Origin: an endosymbiont of Galathealinum brachiosum
GTDB taxonomy: Bacteria > Pseudomonadota > Gammaproteobacteria > SZUA-229
Length of the DNA: 64,000 nucleotides
NCBI GenBank assembly: GCA_003349885.1
Contig: QFXC01000011.1
Coordinates: 517,355 to 581,354 of the forward strand
Reading direction: 5' to 3'
The notes under the pieces are model-generated. The model had not been told where the DNA came from and searched no databases. It saw nothing but the letters and a program-made list of their open reading frames with translations. This document shows, piece after piece, positions 25,719-37,165 of the stretch. Positions within the stretch are counted from its first letter, which is position 1; each line of letters opens with the position of its first letter. The translations under genes and the position numbers were made by a program.

Positions 25719-26189
25719 TCAATTTTGAATTTGCACAGATTTTAGTATTTGAGTGATATCTTCTAGCCACTTTTCAAATGTGGGTTTTAGTTCGGGCAGT
25801 TTAAACAGGTCATTATAAGTGGTTGGGTTAGCGCTAATTAGAATAGTATTTTCACCTTCAGCGAAGATCGCTATTTTTAAAGGCAAATAAGGTATTAATT
25901 GGGGGTATTTAAGGGAAAGTTCCTGTATTTGTTTGCCTTTGCCAAAAAAAACGACTCTGTATTTATCAGTTTCATAACCTTTAGCGCTTAAACCTACGTC
26001 TATTCGTTGTATTCTGCTTAATTCATACCCCTGATTACGAATAGCCTCCTGTAGCAGAGCCATCGTTTCTGGAAACGCTTCAGAAGAGCGCACCATAACC
26101 ATTTCACCTGTTACTACAGCCTGGGCATTAGTTGTAGTGAGAAGAAAGCTTATAAGACAGGAAAAAAGCAGTTTTTGAATGATATTCAC
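25719..26189 (-). CDS. DUF302 domain periplasmic protein
   Basis: Signal peptide plus a ~130-aa domain (PLKIAIFAEGENTILISANP). Its start overlaps the stop of the upstream cytochrome gene by 4 bp. Confidence 0.5.
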   Translation of the reverse strand: MNIIQKLLFSCLISFLLTTTNAQAVVTGEMVMVRSSEAFPETMALLQEAIRNQGYELSRIQRIDVGLSAKGYETDKYRVVFFGKGKQIQELSLKYPQLIPYLPLKIAIFAEGENTILISANPTTYNDLFKLPELKPTFEKWLEDITQILKSVQIQN

Positions 26190-27262
26190 AGGCTGGCATC
26201 CTCCAGGATGCTGGTATATACCTCATACATCTGGTCACATGACTCATCCAGTTCGTCATTATTGAACAGTTGGGTCAGGTGTTTGGGGTTAATACTCATC
26301 ATCTGAACCTTGTTGTTTTGTTCGATTACCGTAATACGACAGGGCAGGAACATGCCAGCCCGAGGATCAATTTTTAAAGATTCATATAAAAAACTAAAAT
26401 TACAGAAATAAATAATGGTTTGCTTCGGGTTAACTGAAGTTTCAATATCAAAGCCATGAGTTAATGCCTGATTACGTATATGAACGAAATTTGAGCCGGT
26501 GATTGCGCGTTTTACATTCTCAACTGTTTCATCAAATGAATAAGGAGAGTCTTCAATCAAACTGGCTGGTTCTTCATGGTAAAGAGATTTGTGGGTAATG
26601 TTCTGAAGTTGAAAACTGCGTATATAACTAACCAGATTATTAATATCCTTGTCACTGAGGCCAAGTGCCTTAGCTGATGGCATGGGTGTTTCTTTGCGCC
26701 CATGGCTAATAATGTAATGCAGCATAGAGTCTGTAGCTGAATTTAACAGGCCCTGATTATTAAGAGCGGGAGGCGTGATAGGTAGACCATTTGTTCTTGA
26801 AAAATGCAATCCAGAGCCTTTGCCACCCTGAGCGTTATCACCATGACAAGATGCACATTTGCTTTTAAAGAGTTCTTTACCTGCCAGTTTATTGGCTTTT
26901 ATAGTTTTGTTGTTCCAGATAGGTGCGGGTGTTTTTCTCCAGCTATCAAGGTAGTGAATAATTTCATCAATATCTGATTCAGGCATCCAGTAAAAAGAAG
27001 GCATAATACGATTGGGTCTACCTAATCTAATGGTCTGTTTTATGTAATCTGTTGATGCAGATTTAAGGAAATCATCCAGTGAAAGAGGGATTCCCATGCC
27101 GCCCTCACCTTCATTGCCATGACAGATGGCGCAGTTTTCCAGATAAAGATTTTCACCCCGACTTTCATCAGCCATACTTGTCTGGTTAATGAATATGCCA
27201 ATAGTGATTAAAAGCAGTGCAAGCTGCAAAGGAAGCTTTGAAATGGGGGTTAAAGTGTTCAT
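26186..27262 (-). CDS. di-haem cytochrome c with C-terminal DUF302-like domain
   Basis: Two CxxCH motifs (CAICHG, CASCHG). Signal peptide from the ATG at 27260-27262 (MNTLTPISKLPLQLALLLITIGIF). The C-terminal ~130 aa resemble the downstream DUF302 protein. Confidence 0.6.
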   Translation of the reverse strand: MNTLTPISKLPLQLALLLITIGIFINQTSMADESRGENLYLENCAICHGNEGEGGMGIPLSLDDFLKSASTDYIKQTIRLGRPNRIMPSFYWMPESDIDEIIHYLDSWRKTPAPIWNNKTIKANKLAGKELFKSKCASCHGDNAQGGKGSGLHFSRTNGLPITPPALNNQGLLNSATDSMLHYIISHGRKETPMPSAKALGLSDKDINNLVSYIRSFQLQNITHKSLYHEEPASLIEDSPYSFDETVENVKRAITGSNFVHIRNQALTHGFDIETSVNPKQTIIYFCNFSFLYESLKIDPRAGMFLPCRITVIEQNNKVQMMSINPKHLTQLFNNDELDESCDQMYEVYTSILEDASL

Positions 27263-27361
27263 GAGTTTTAATAGCATAACATGTATAGGTATGCTTTTAT
27301 TAAAGTAATTACCGTGTTTGATAAAGATGATAAAAAGCTGAATATCAGTACAAAGCATAAA

Positions 27362-30300
27362 TCAGGCATCGGAAATATCATTCCAGATTTTCTTTAGTCT
27401 TTTTGCGGAAACGGGTGAAATCGTTTTGATTTCCTGTGCAAAAAGGGAAATGCGATACTCTTCAAGTAACCAACGATACTGTTCAAGCTGTTCTGATTTT
27501 TGATTGTTTTTAAGTAACATGTCCGATCGTTTTTTATAATCTTCCCATAAAGAAGAAATTTCTAATCGGGCTTTTCGATCACGCTCAGGGTTTGCCTGTA
27601 TTTTCTCCAGTCTTTTGTCGATGGCGTTTAGATAGCGTGTATAGTTATTTAAATTATCGTCGTGTGTTTTCAGAATAAAATTATTATGCAATAAATGATT
27701 CAACTGGTTCTGAATGTCTGTCATTGCATCTAACCAGTTAAGGGGTGGGTTTTTTAGTTTTTTATTAAGCTGATGGAAAAGATCGAGTATTTTAGAGAGT
27801 TTACTTAAGGTGTCGGTGAGTGAGTCATCTATGTGTTTACGGTTATCCAGAAGAGCCGTGAATTCATTCTGTGTTGTTGGCATGTGGCGAGTAAAAAGAT
27901 GATCAATTATTCTATGTATTACCTGAGATTTAAATTGTTCGCAGCTACCAATGGATATATATTTTGCACATAAATTTTGCTGTTTTTTTAAATTTAACTT
28001 TAAGTTCTTTACAGGTTGTGAAAGTGCATTAATAAAAAGCTGTCTAATTCCCTCGTAATGTTTTTTCTGCGCCTCAAGCTGTGAGGCTATTATCCGAACA
28101 TTAACCTGTTTTCCTGAAGCGACAATAACGGGATAAGCTTTAATCATTATTCCGTTATTGTTTATTTCAATACTGTCAGGAAGATCATCAAGAATACTAC
28201 TGTCGACATCATCCTGTTCCAGTTTGTTGTTCTTTGTCTCTGGCTCGGTAGTATCAGTGAAGTTTGAATATTCAATCTGAAGTTTAGTTAAATCTCTGCT
28301 TTGTTTAAGTGTTTTTCCATCAGCAGATATAACTCGATAATTAAAGAACAGATGGTCTGAAAGTTTGGCTTCCTGCCACGCGTCATATGCTATTTCAGTC
28401 CCGGTAATTTTTTTCAAATGATTAGACATGGCCATTGTCAGGGTGGTTGTTCCGGGTGATAAGGCGTCCAGACAAGCTTCAGCAAAATTAGGTGCAGGAA
28501 CGAAATTTTTTCTTAACTGCTTAGGTAATGATCTAATCAGTTCGGTCATTTTTTCAAGCAACATACCTGGTACAAGCCAGTCGCAAGCATTTGAATTTAA
28601 TGATGCCAGTCCGGCAGCAGGAGTGATTAGCGTTATGCCATCACAGTGATGACTGGGATCAAAGTGATAGTCAAGGGGGAATTGAATGTCATTAATAAGA
28701 ATAGTATCAGGAAATAAGTTATCTGAAACATGATCGCCACTTTTTTTCATCAGATCATCAATTGATAATAATAATTTTTTAGAATCGTTGTTTTTGATCC
28801 ATTTATTTAATTGAGGCCCACTATAAATATCTTCAGGTAAGCGTTGATCATAAAAATCATAAACGTCATTGTCATCTACAAGAATGTCCTGTCGACGTGA
28901 TTTGGCTTCAAGTTTTTCGATTTCATTAATCAGATCACGATTCTTGTTGTAGAAATCATGCTTACAATCGAAATCACCCTGCACTAGAGCGCTACGTATA
29001 AATATCTCACGAGATTCTGCAGGGTTTATCGGTCCATAGTTTATTTTGACTCCTGGGTTAATAAGCAATCCGAATAGAGTTGATTTTCGAATGGCTGAGA
29101 CCTGAGCCGGTTTTTTCTCCCAATGTGATTCTGTGTAACTATGTTTGATCAGGTGCCTGGCTTTATCCGCTATCCATTGGGGTTCAATCTTCGCAAGGTG
29201 TCGGGCATATACCTTTTGCGTTTCTACAATGTCAGACGCGACAACCCATTTAGGGCCTTTGTTAAATAATCCTGATCCTGGAAAAATATGGAACTTTCGT
29301 TGTCGACAGCCCTGGTATTCATGGCCCTCTTCTTTGAAGCCAAGCTGGCTTAAAAAGCCCGTTATTAATGCTCTGTGAATCTGGTTGTAATCAGCGTCAC
29401 TGGTATTAGGTTTTAATCTTAATTCCGATGACATTTTTTTTATTTGTCGATGAGTATCAATCCACTCGCGCATACGCAACCACGAAATGTAATGCTCTTT
29501 ACACCATTTACGTAACTGGTTGCCAGATAATTCATATTTTGCAGTATGGTATCCTTTCCATAAATTTAACCAGCTGATAAAATCTGATTTATTATCACTA
29601 AATTTTTTATGGGCTTCATCAGCTGCCTGTTGTTTATTAAGCGGGCGTTCACGAGGGTCCTGTACTGATAACGCAGAAACAATGATTAGTGATTCAATCA
29701 AACAGTTTTCTTTTACGGATTCGATTAAAATTCGACCCAGTTTCGGGTCGATAGGCAAGCGAGCTAATTGTTTACCCGTGTTTGTAATTTTATGATGGTG
29801 ATCTATTGCACCCAGTTCATGTAATAATTTGTAACCATCAGTTATTAATCGACTATCGGGTGACTCAACAAAAGGAAAGTCTTCCACATGTCCTAACTGC
29901 ATGTGTTCCATTTGTAATATAACAGCAGCTAAATTTGTTCGTTGAATTTCAGGCTCTGTGAATTCTTTACGTAGATTAAAGTCATCTTCAGAATAGAGGC
30001 GAAAACAAACCCCGGCGCTCACTCTGCCACATCGACCTTTACGTTGATTGGCTGAAGCCTGAGAAATTTTCTCAATAGGAAGGCGTTGTATCTTACTGCG
30101 CCAGGAATAACGTGAAATGCGTGCCAGTCCTGTGTCGATTACATATTTTATGCCGGGAACGGTGAGAGATGTTTCGGCAACGTTGGTGGATAAAATAATA
30201 CGACGTTTTCCAGAGCTTCTAAATATTTTATTCTGTTCAGCTGCAGACAGTCGAGCAAGTAAAGGCAGGATTTCGGTGTTATGTAATTGTTGTTTTGTCA

Positions 30301-31228
30301 GATAATCAGCAGCTTCTCGAATGTCACGTTCACCACTAAGAAAAACCAGTATGTCGCCTCGGTCATAACGAGAGATCTCATCAACGCAGTCTGCAATTGC
30401 ACGAGTCAGATCTTTAGATTCTCCATCTTCAGATTCGGTATCACGATATTCAACATCGACAGGGTATGTTCTTCCTGATACTTCAATAATGGGTGCATCA
30501 TTAAAATGAGTTGAAAATCGCTGAGGATCGATAGTGGCTGAAGTAATTATAATTTTTAGATCATGGCGTTTAGAAATAAGTCGTTTTAGATAACCCAGTA
30601 AAAAATCGATATTTAAACTACGCTCATGTGCTTCATCAACAATAATGCAGTCATATTGATTAAGAAAGGCATCATGATGTGTTTCAGATAATAAGATACC
30701 ATCTGTCATCAATTTGATTAACGCATTTTCACCCAGCGTATCGCTAAATCGTACCTTGTAACCAACAACTCTTCCGCTTTCGGTTTTTAACTCTTCTGCA
30801 ATACGATTAGCAACAGAACGTGCGGCCAGTCGCCTGGGTTGTGTGTGACCAATCATTCCGCGGATACCGAGTCCGGCATCAAGGCACATTTTTGGTAATT
30901 GTGTTGTTTTACCAGAGCCGGTCTCACCGCAAATAATAATGACCTGATTTTGCTTAATGGCCTGAATAATTTCATCCCGTTTCTGACTGACAGGTAGTTC
31001 TTCCGGGTAAGTGGTTGTGGATTTGTTTTGTGCGCGTCGATGGAATTGGCTGGCAGATTTATCAATTAAATCCTGTAAATTGACAAGTAACTTTTCAACA
31101 GGTTTACTGGAATTAAGGCGTGACTGAAGACTCTGGATTTTACGTCTGGCTGAAAATTCATCTTTTAGCATGATTTGCTGAAGAGATTTTTTTAACTGCT
31201 CAACTTGTTTTTTGGGTGACATACTCAT
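27362..31228 (-). CDS. hrpA: ATP-dependent RNA helicase HrpA (DEAH-box)
   Basis: 1288 aa. GETGSGKTTQ and IIVDEAHERSLN (DEAH) motifs, plus an HrpA-type C-terminal extension. Confidence 0.9.
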   Translation of the reverse strand: MSMSPKKQVEQLKKSLQQIMLKDEFSARRKIQSLQSRLNSSKPVEKLLVNLQDLIDKSASQFHRRAQNKSTTTYPEELPVSQKRDEIIQAIKQNQVIIICGETGSGKTTQLPKMCLDAGLGIRGMIGHTQPRRLAARSVANRIAEELKTESGRVVGYKVRFSDTLGENALIKLMTDGILLSETHHDAFLNQYDCIIVDEAHERSLNIDFLLGYLKRLISKRHDLKIIITSATIDPQRFSTHFNDAPIIEVSGRTYPVDVEYRDTESEDGESKDLTRAIADCVDEISRYDRGDILVFLSGERDIREAADYLTKQQLHNTEILPLLARLSAAEQNKIFRSSGKRRIILSTNVAETSLTVPGIKYVIDTGLARISRYSWRSKIQRLPIEKISQASANQRKGRCGRVSAGVCFRLYSEDDFNLRKEFTEPEIQRTNLAAVILQMEHMQLGHVEDFPFVESPDSRLITDGYKLLHELGAIDHHHKITNTGKQLARLPIDPKLGRILIESVKENCLIESLIIVSALSVQDPRERPLNKQQAADEAHKKFSDNKSDFISWLNLWKGYHTAKYELSGNQLRKWCKEHYISWLRMREWIDTHRQIKKMSSELRLKPNTSDADYNQIHRALITGFLSQLGFKEEGHEYQGCRQRKFHIFPGSGLFNKGPKWVVASDIVETQKVYARHLAKIEPQWIADKARHLIKHSYTESHWEKKPAQVSAIRKSTLFGLLINPGVKINYGPINPAESREIFIRSALVQGDFDCKHDFYNKNRDLINEIEKLEAKSRRQDILVDDNDVYDFYDQRLPEDIYSGPQLNKWIKNNDSKKLLLSIDDLMKKSGDHVSDNLFPDTILINDIQFPLDYHFDPSHHCDGITLITPAAGLASLNSNACDWLVPGMLLEKMTELIRSLPKQLRKNFVPAPNFAEACLDALSPGTTTLTMAMSNHLKKITGTEIAYDAWQEAKLSDHLFFNYRVISADGKTLKQSRDLTKLQIEYSNFTDTTEPETKNNKLEQDDVDSSILDDLPDSIEINNNGIMIKAYPVIVASGKQVNVRIIASQLEAQKKHYEGIRQLFINALSQPVKNLKLNLKKQQNLCAKYISIGSCEQFKSQVIHRIIDHLFTRHMPTTQNEFTALLDNRKHIDDSLTDTLSKLSKILDLFHQLNKKLKNPPLNWLDAMTDIQNQLNHLLHNNFILKTHDDNLNNYTRYLNAIDKRLEKIQANPERDRKARLEISSLWEDYKKRSDMLLKNNQKSEQLEQYRWLLEEYRISLFAQEIKTISPVSAKRLKKIWNDISDA

Positions 31229-31422
31229 ATGAACGGGTGATAAATTAACTATAAATGATTTAAATTGTGTCTAAAAGTGAAGAAAAACCTGTTTTTCTAA
31301 AGCATATGTTAAATATGAGCTATATAAATAGTGACAGGTTTTACTTATATTGGCCTGTTATATGCGTAGTTTAAGTGATTGTCAGTTTTCTGGCTCATAG
31401 TATGTGGTGATTTAGTAATAAC

Positions 31423-31968
31423 ATGAAATCAGCGATTATACAGTTTCTAAAGTTTTTTCCAGAGATACTTCTGGTAATGGCGTTGTTTTTCCCATTTTTG
31501 CTGCAGGCCGATTCAGATCGTGCGTGGCCTATTATTACTTTTACCTGTGACAAAGCCAAAAATGAAGTGAAATTAAAAAATGAAGTGAAATGGGGTGAGG
31601 CCGGGAAAAATTTTCAATTCAGTGCGGAGCAAGGCACCTATAATCCATGGTCTTTAGTTTCACTTGAAGATCGAGGTGAGAGAACCCTGATTTCAGAAAA
31701 AACACAGCTTGACCTTAAGTGTAGTTTGAGTGGAGCAGAGTATAAATTTGTTATTAAACCAAAAATATTCAATACAAATTTTAATGCAAAATGTGGAGAT
31801 CGTTTATCGGTTAAAGTGAGTGTGTATAAAGGCTCTTCAATTCTGATACAGGATAAATCTATGGAAACCTTTTGTCATGGCAATGCACCTGTATTAAGGG
31901 GTATCAAGGTAAAAGGCGGGAATAATAAGGTGAAGTTCTATGAAGTGGCCCGTAGCCGGTTTTATTAG
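31423..31968 (+). CDS. hypothetical secreted Cys-containing protein
   Basis: Signal peptide (LLVMALFFPFLLQADS). No family recognised. Confidence 0.4.
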   Translation: MKSAIIQFLKFFPEILLVMALFFPFLLQADSDRAWPIITFTCDKAKNEVKLKNEVKWGEAGKNFQFSAEQGTYNPWSLVSLEDRGERTLISEKTQLDLKCSLSGAEYKFVIKPKIFNTNFNAKCGDRLSVKVSVYKGSSILIQDKSMETFCHGNAPVLRGIKVKGGNNKVKFYEVARSRFY

Positions 31969-31984
31969 GATAAAGCTTTAGATT

Positions 31985-32063
31985 AAGAATGTTCCGGACA
32001 TTTTTCCGAAATCAGTTCGAATCAGGACGCTAGAGCCCCCATATAAAAAAAGCCCTCTTAAGA
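31985..32063. repeat. ~80-bp direct repeat, copy A (matches 34504-34585)
   Basis: aagaatgttccggacatttttccgaaatcagttcgaatcaggacgctagagcccccatataaaaaaagccctcttaaga differs from copy B at only a few positions. Confidence 0.85.
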
Positions 32064-32335
32064 TGTGTGCACGCTTATATATCCTGGCCATATATAAGGC
32101 GCATAAATTGGCCATTTAGAGACTTATTTATTGAATTATTCCCCTAAGCTGGAATTTATAGAGGTGTTAATGAGTTACTGCTTACACCACAAAGTGGACA
32201 TCAGAGATATGTGTATACTAGTCTCTAAACGACCCAAAGCAGACGTTCGTTGGTGCGTCTATGAATGCCTGTACATTTTGAAGCTGAATAAATGTCACCG
32301 TAAATTCAGCTCATTTGAATAAAAACTTAAAGTGT

Positions 32336-32995
32336 TTACGAAAGCTGCGTTACCAGTTCATCAATATCTCGATAAGCATCTTTAAGCGAGTTTTCATGTC
32401 TTTCATCTGCAAATTCTTGATACTCTGATTTAATTTCATAGAACTCCTCAACTCCAAGGTATTTACTGGCGGTTTTTACATGTGGCCCTAGATGATTCAT
32501 CTTTTCTCTAATACCACCTATTTCAAAACCGAATTCTCCGCTTGACGAAATAAGCACAAGTTTCTTACCCGACATAATTGGCTCTATTGGAAAATCACCA
32601 CGTGCTAAATCAAAAGTAAATGTTTTGCCGATACGTACTACCTGGTCAAACCAGGATTTAAGCGCGGCTGGCATGCCGTAGTTATACATAGGGGAAGAAA
32701 TAACAATAATGTCTGCCTGATCAACCTCATCAATTAAGGTATCAGATAAGGCTAACAATGCTCTTTGCTCATCAGTTTTACTTTCATCAGGCGTAAAAAC
32801 AGCGGCAATCCAATCTTGACTAATATACTCTGGTGGGTTTAACCCTATATCTCTATAGATAACTTCATCTTCGGTATTTAATGTCATCCACTTATCCATA
32901 AAGTGTGCCGCAAGTGTTTTCGAAATAGAGTTGAACTCTTGTATATCGTTATCTGTTCTTCTTGCGCTGGTATCTATATGTAATATAGTTTTCAT
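32336..32995 (-). CDS. azoR: FMN-dependent NADH-azoreductase / flavodoxin-like quinone reductase
   Basis: MKTILHIDTSARRTDN..., SSPMYNYGMPAALKSWFD. AzoR family. Divergent from a LysR-family gene. Confidence 0.75.
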   Translation of the reverse strand: MKTILHIDTSARRTDNDIQEFNSISKTLAAHFMDKWMTLNTEDEVIYRDIGLNPPEYISQDWIAAVFTPDESKTDEQRALLALSDTLIDEVDQADIIVISSPMYNYGMPAALKSWFDQVVRIGKTFTFDLARGDFPIEPIMSGKKLVLISSSGEFGFEIGGIREKMNHLGPHVKTASKYLGVEEFYEIKSEYQEFADERHENSLKDAYRDIDELVTQLS

Positions 32996-33112
32996 TTTTT
33001 ATCCTTTTTCAGTTTGAATAAGTTATGGATAAATTTTGCTTGTATAGGTAGTTATTGACAAATGATCAATATTGTCTTATAGATGAATAAAACTTATCTA
33101 TGGTGTTTGTAT

Positions 33113-34003
33113 ATGTATGTCAATCTCCCCCCTTTAAATAGCATTAGGGTTTTTGATGCTGCGGCAAGAACAGGCAGCTTTAAAAAGGCCGCAGAAGAGC
33201 TTTACGTAACGCCGACGGCTGTTTCACATCAAATAAAAGCACTTGAAGCTGCGCTAGGCACTTTGTTATTTGTTCGAAAAACACGGGCAATTGAACTAAC
33301 TCACGATGGTAATTTGTTAGCCAAAACTGCATATAATGTTCTACAACAGTTGGCGAATACAGTGAGTGAAATATCGAGCACTAAAAATATTATTACCGTA
33401 AGCACCACATCTTCTTTTGCAGCAATGTGGTTAGTACCAAATTTAACTAAATTTTATCAACTGCACCCTGATATAGAAGTCGCGGTAAAAACAGGTGAGC
33501 AACTTGATGATTTGGAAAAAGATAGAAGAGTTGATCTCGCTATTAGGTATGGCATTTATGACGAAACTTCAGTCAACGCATCTCTGTTGGTTACAGAAAA
33601 AATAGGCATGTACGCTACTCCAGGTTATATTGAAAATCTTGCCTCTGGGCAATCCATAAATCTATTAGAAACTAGATGGCAATTGCAAAATACAAACCTT
33701 CCAGTATTTACGTGGCATGCACTACGAAAAAACTCAGGAAATTATAAAAATATAGAAAGCGTTAGACAGTTCACTCAAGAGCATCACATTATTCAAGCTG
33801 CTCTCGCAGGTCAAGGTATTGCCTTAGTGAGCAATTTGCTTGTTAAAAATGTGCTAGAGCAAGGTTGGTTAACTCAATGTGACTATGTAGAAACTGATCA
33901 AGAAATTGAAGGATTAAGTTACTACTTATTAGTGCCTGAGCATAATGCTTATAGTAAAAGCATTATTTCGTTTAAGGATTGGCTTCTGGAAGAACTAAAG
34001 TAG
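33113..34003 (+). CDS. LysR-family transcriptional regulator
   Basis: N-terminal HTH (LNSIRVFDAAARTGSFKKAAEELYVTPTAVSHQIKALE). The ORF track starts at 33083; the ATG at 33113 is more typical for a LysR N-terminus. Confidence 0.8.
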   Translation: MYVNLPPLNSIRVFDAAARTGSFKKAAEELYVTPTAVSHQIKALEAALGTLLFVRKTRAIELTHDGNLLAKTAYNVLQQLANTVSEISSTKNIITVSTTSSFAAMWLVPNLTKFYQLHPDIEVAVKTGEQLDDLEKDRRVDLAIRYGIYDETSVNASLLVTEKIGMYATPGYIENLASGQSINLLETRWQLQNTNLPVFTWHALRKNSGNYKNIESVRQFTQEHHIIQAALAGQGIALVSNLLVKNVLEQGWLTQCDYVETDQEIEGLSYYLLVPEHNAYSKSIISFKDWLLEELK

Positions 34004-34280
34004 TAGATATACTTAAGTGAATGGCTGCTATTACTAACAAAATTGCTCATGTAAATGGCTCCTAAGCCCATTCTGCAGAAGTCAGGTTAGCACTCCTTAA
34101 GAGTCAGCTACTGGCTGAAAATGCTCTGTCAGTGCTGATAAGCGAAGGTCTGTTAATGAGACATAAGCGACCGCCAGCAATACTAAATAGAAGGCTTAAT
34201 AAAATTAGGTATCGTGGCCAGATTATACTGTCGTTTAACCATAATGTGGCCAAAACGGCCAACTTATGCCTTCGTGCACA

Positions 34281-34319
34281 GACGCAGAGGGCTTTTTTTA
34301 TATGGCGCGCCCTAGAGGG
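34281..34319. repeat. partial duplicate of the tRNA-Arg 3' end plus downstream flank (att-like scar)
   Basis: gacgcagagggctttttttatatggcgcgccctagagg matches 34583-34621 (16 nt of the tRNA 3' end including CCA, plus 22 nt beyond) with one mismatch. Confidence 0.8.
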
Positions 34320-34503
34320 TGAAGGCGTTAAGAAATTACGCATGTAATTTTAGCCTGAACGCCCGAAGGCTCTGCCGTAGGGCTGGACAATCCTCTTTCG
34401 CTATCAGTGTGAAATAAAGTGTATTGCGGGGTTAGAGGATTGCTCGTCTCATCCCTGAGACTCGGCCTTCGGCCCAGGGTATAAAAAAGCGCCATACCCT
34501 GTC

Positions 34504-34585
34504 AAAAAATGTTCCAGACATTTTTTTCGAAATCAGTTCGAATCAGGGCGCTAGAGCCCCCCATATAAAAAAAGCCCTCTTAAGA
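34504..34585. repeat. ~80-bp direct repeat, copy B (matches 31985-32063)
   Basis: See copy A. Confidence 0.85.
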
Positions 34586-34604
34586 CGCAAAGGGCTTTTT
34601 TTAT
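34567..34604. terminator. bidirectional rho-independent terminator downstream of tRNA-Arg
   Basis: aaaaaaagccctcttaagacgcaaagggcttttttt. Confidence 0.8.
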
Positions 34605-34605
34605 A

Positions 34606-34682
34606 TGGCGCGCCCTAGAGGATTCGAACCTCCGACTTCCACCTCCGGAGGGTGGCACTCTATCCAGCTGAGCTAAGGGCGC
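34606..34682 (-). tRNA. tRNA-Arg (anticodon CCG)
   Basis: Reverse complement GCGCCCTTAGCTCAGCTGGATAGAGTGCCACCCTCCGGAGGTGGAAGTCGGAGGTTCGAATCCTCTAGGGCGCGCCA is near-identical to E. coli tRNA-Arg(CCG). Confidence 0.95.
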
Positions 34683-34813
34683 GTAGGCGACGGAGTATAT
34701 CAGAATAACCATCTTCGACAATCTAATGTGGAGTGACTTAAGTCATCAGGGGGCGAGATAGACGTGAATATAACTTCAATCTGAAATATAATGTGCGCCT
34801 TTATAAAGTCTAA

Positions 34814-37051
<2,238 letters not shown>

Positions 37052-37165
37052 CCTGTCAGTTGCCTGTGTGCTGAAGCAATTTGCCCTGTCATGGCGCTTC
37101 CCCGGTGGAGAAGTGCCATGACAGTGGCGTTTAAGTTAAAGCATGAAAAATTGAGAGATAGTAGG

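Noticed and set aside
28428-30478. Several 60-90 aa plus-strand ORFs
   Set aside because: All lie antisense within hrpA. No motifs or RBS support.
32131-32322. 63-aa Cys/His-rich ORF between repeat copy A and azoR, considered as a zinc-ribbon protein
   Set aside because: No RBS and no recognisable spacing of Cys/His pairs. It lies inside the putative islet remnant, so it is left uncalled, but it could be real.
34104-34347. Overlapping 79-aa (-) and 71-aa (+) ORFs
   Set aside because: They lie in the repeat/att-scar region next to tRNA-Arg, overlap each other, and one spans the partial tRNA duplicate. More likely non-coding.
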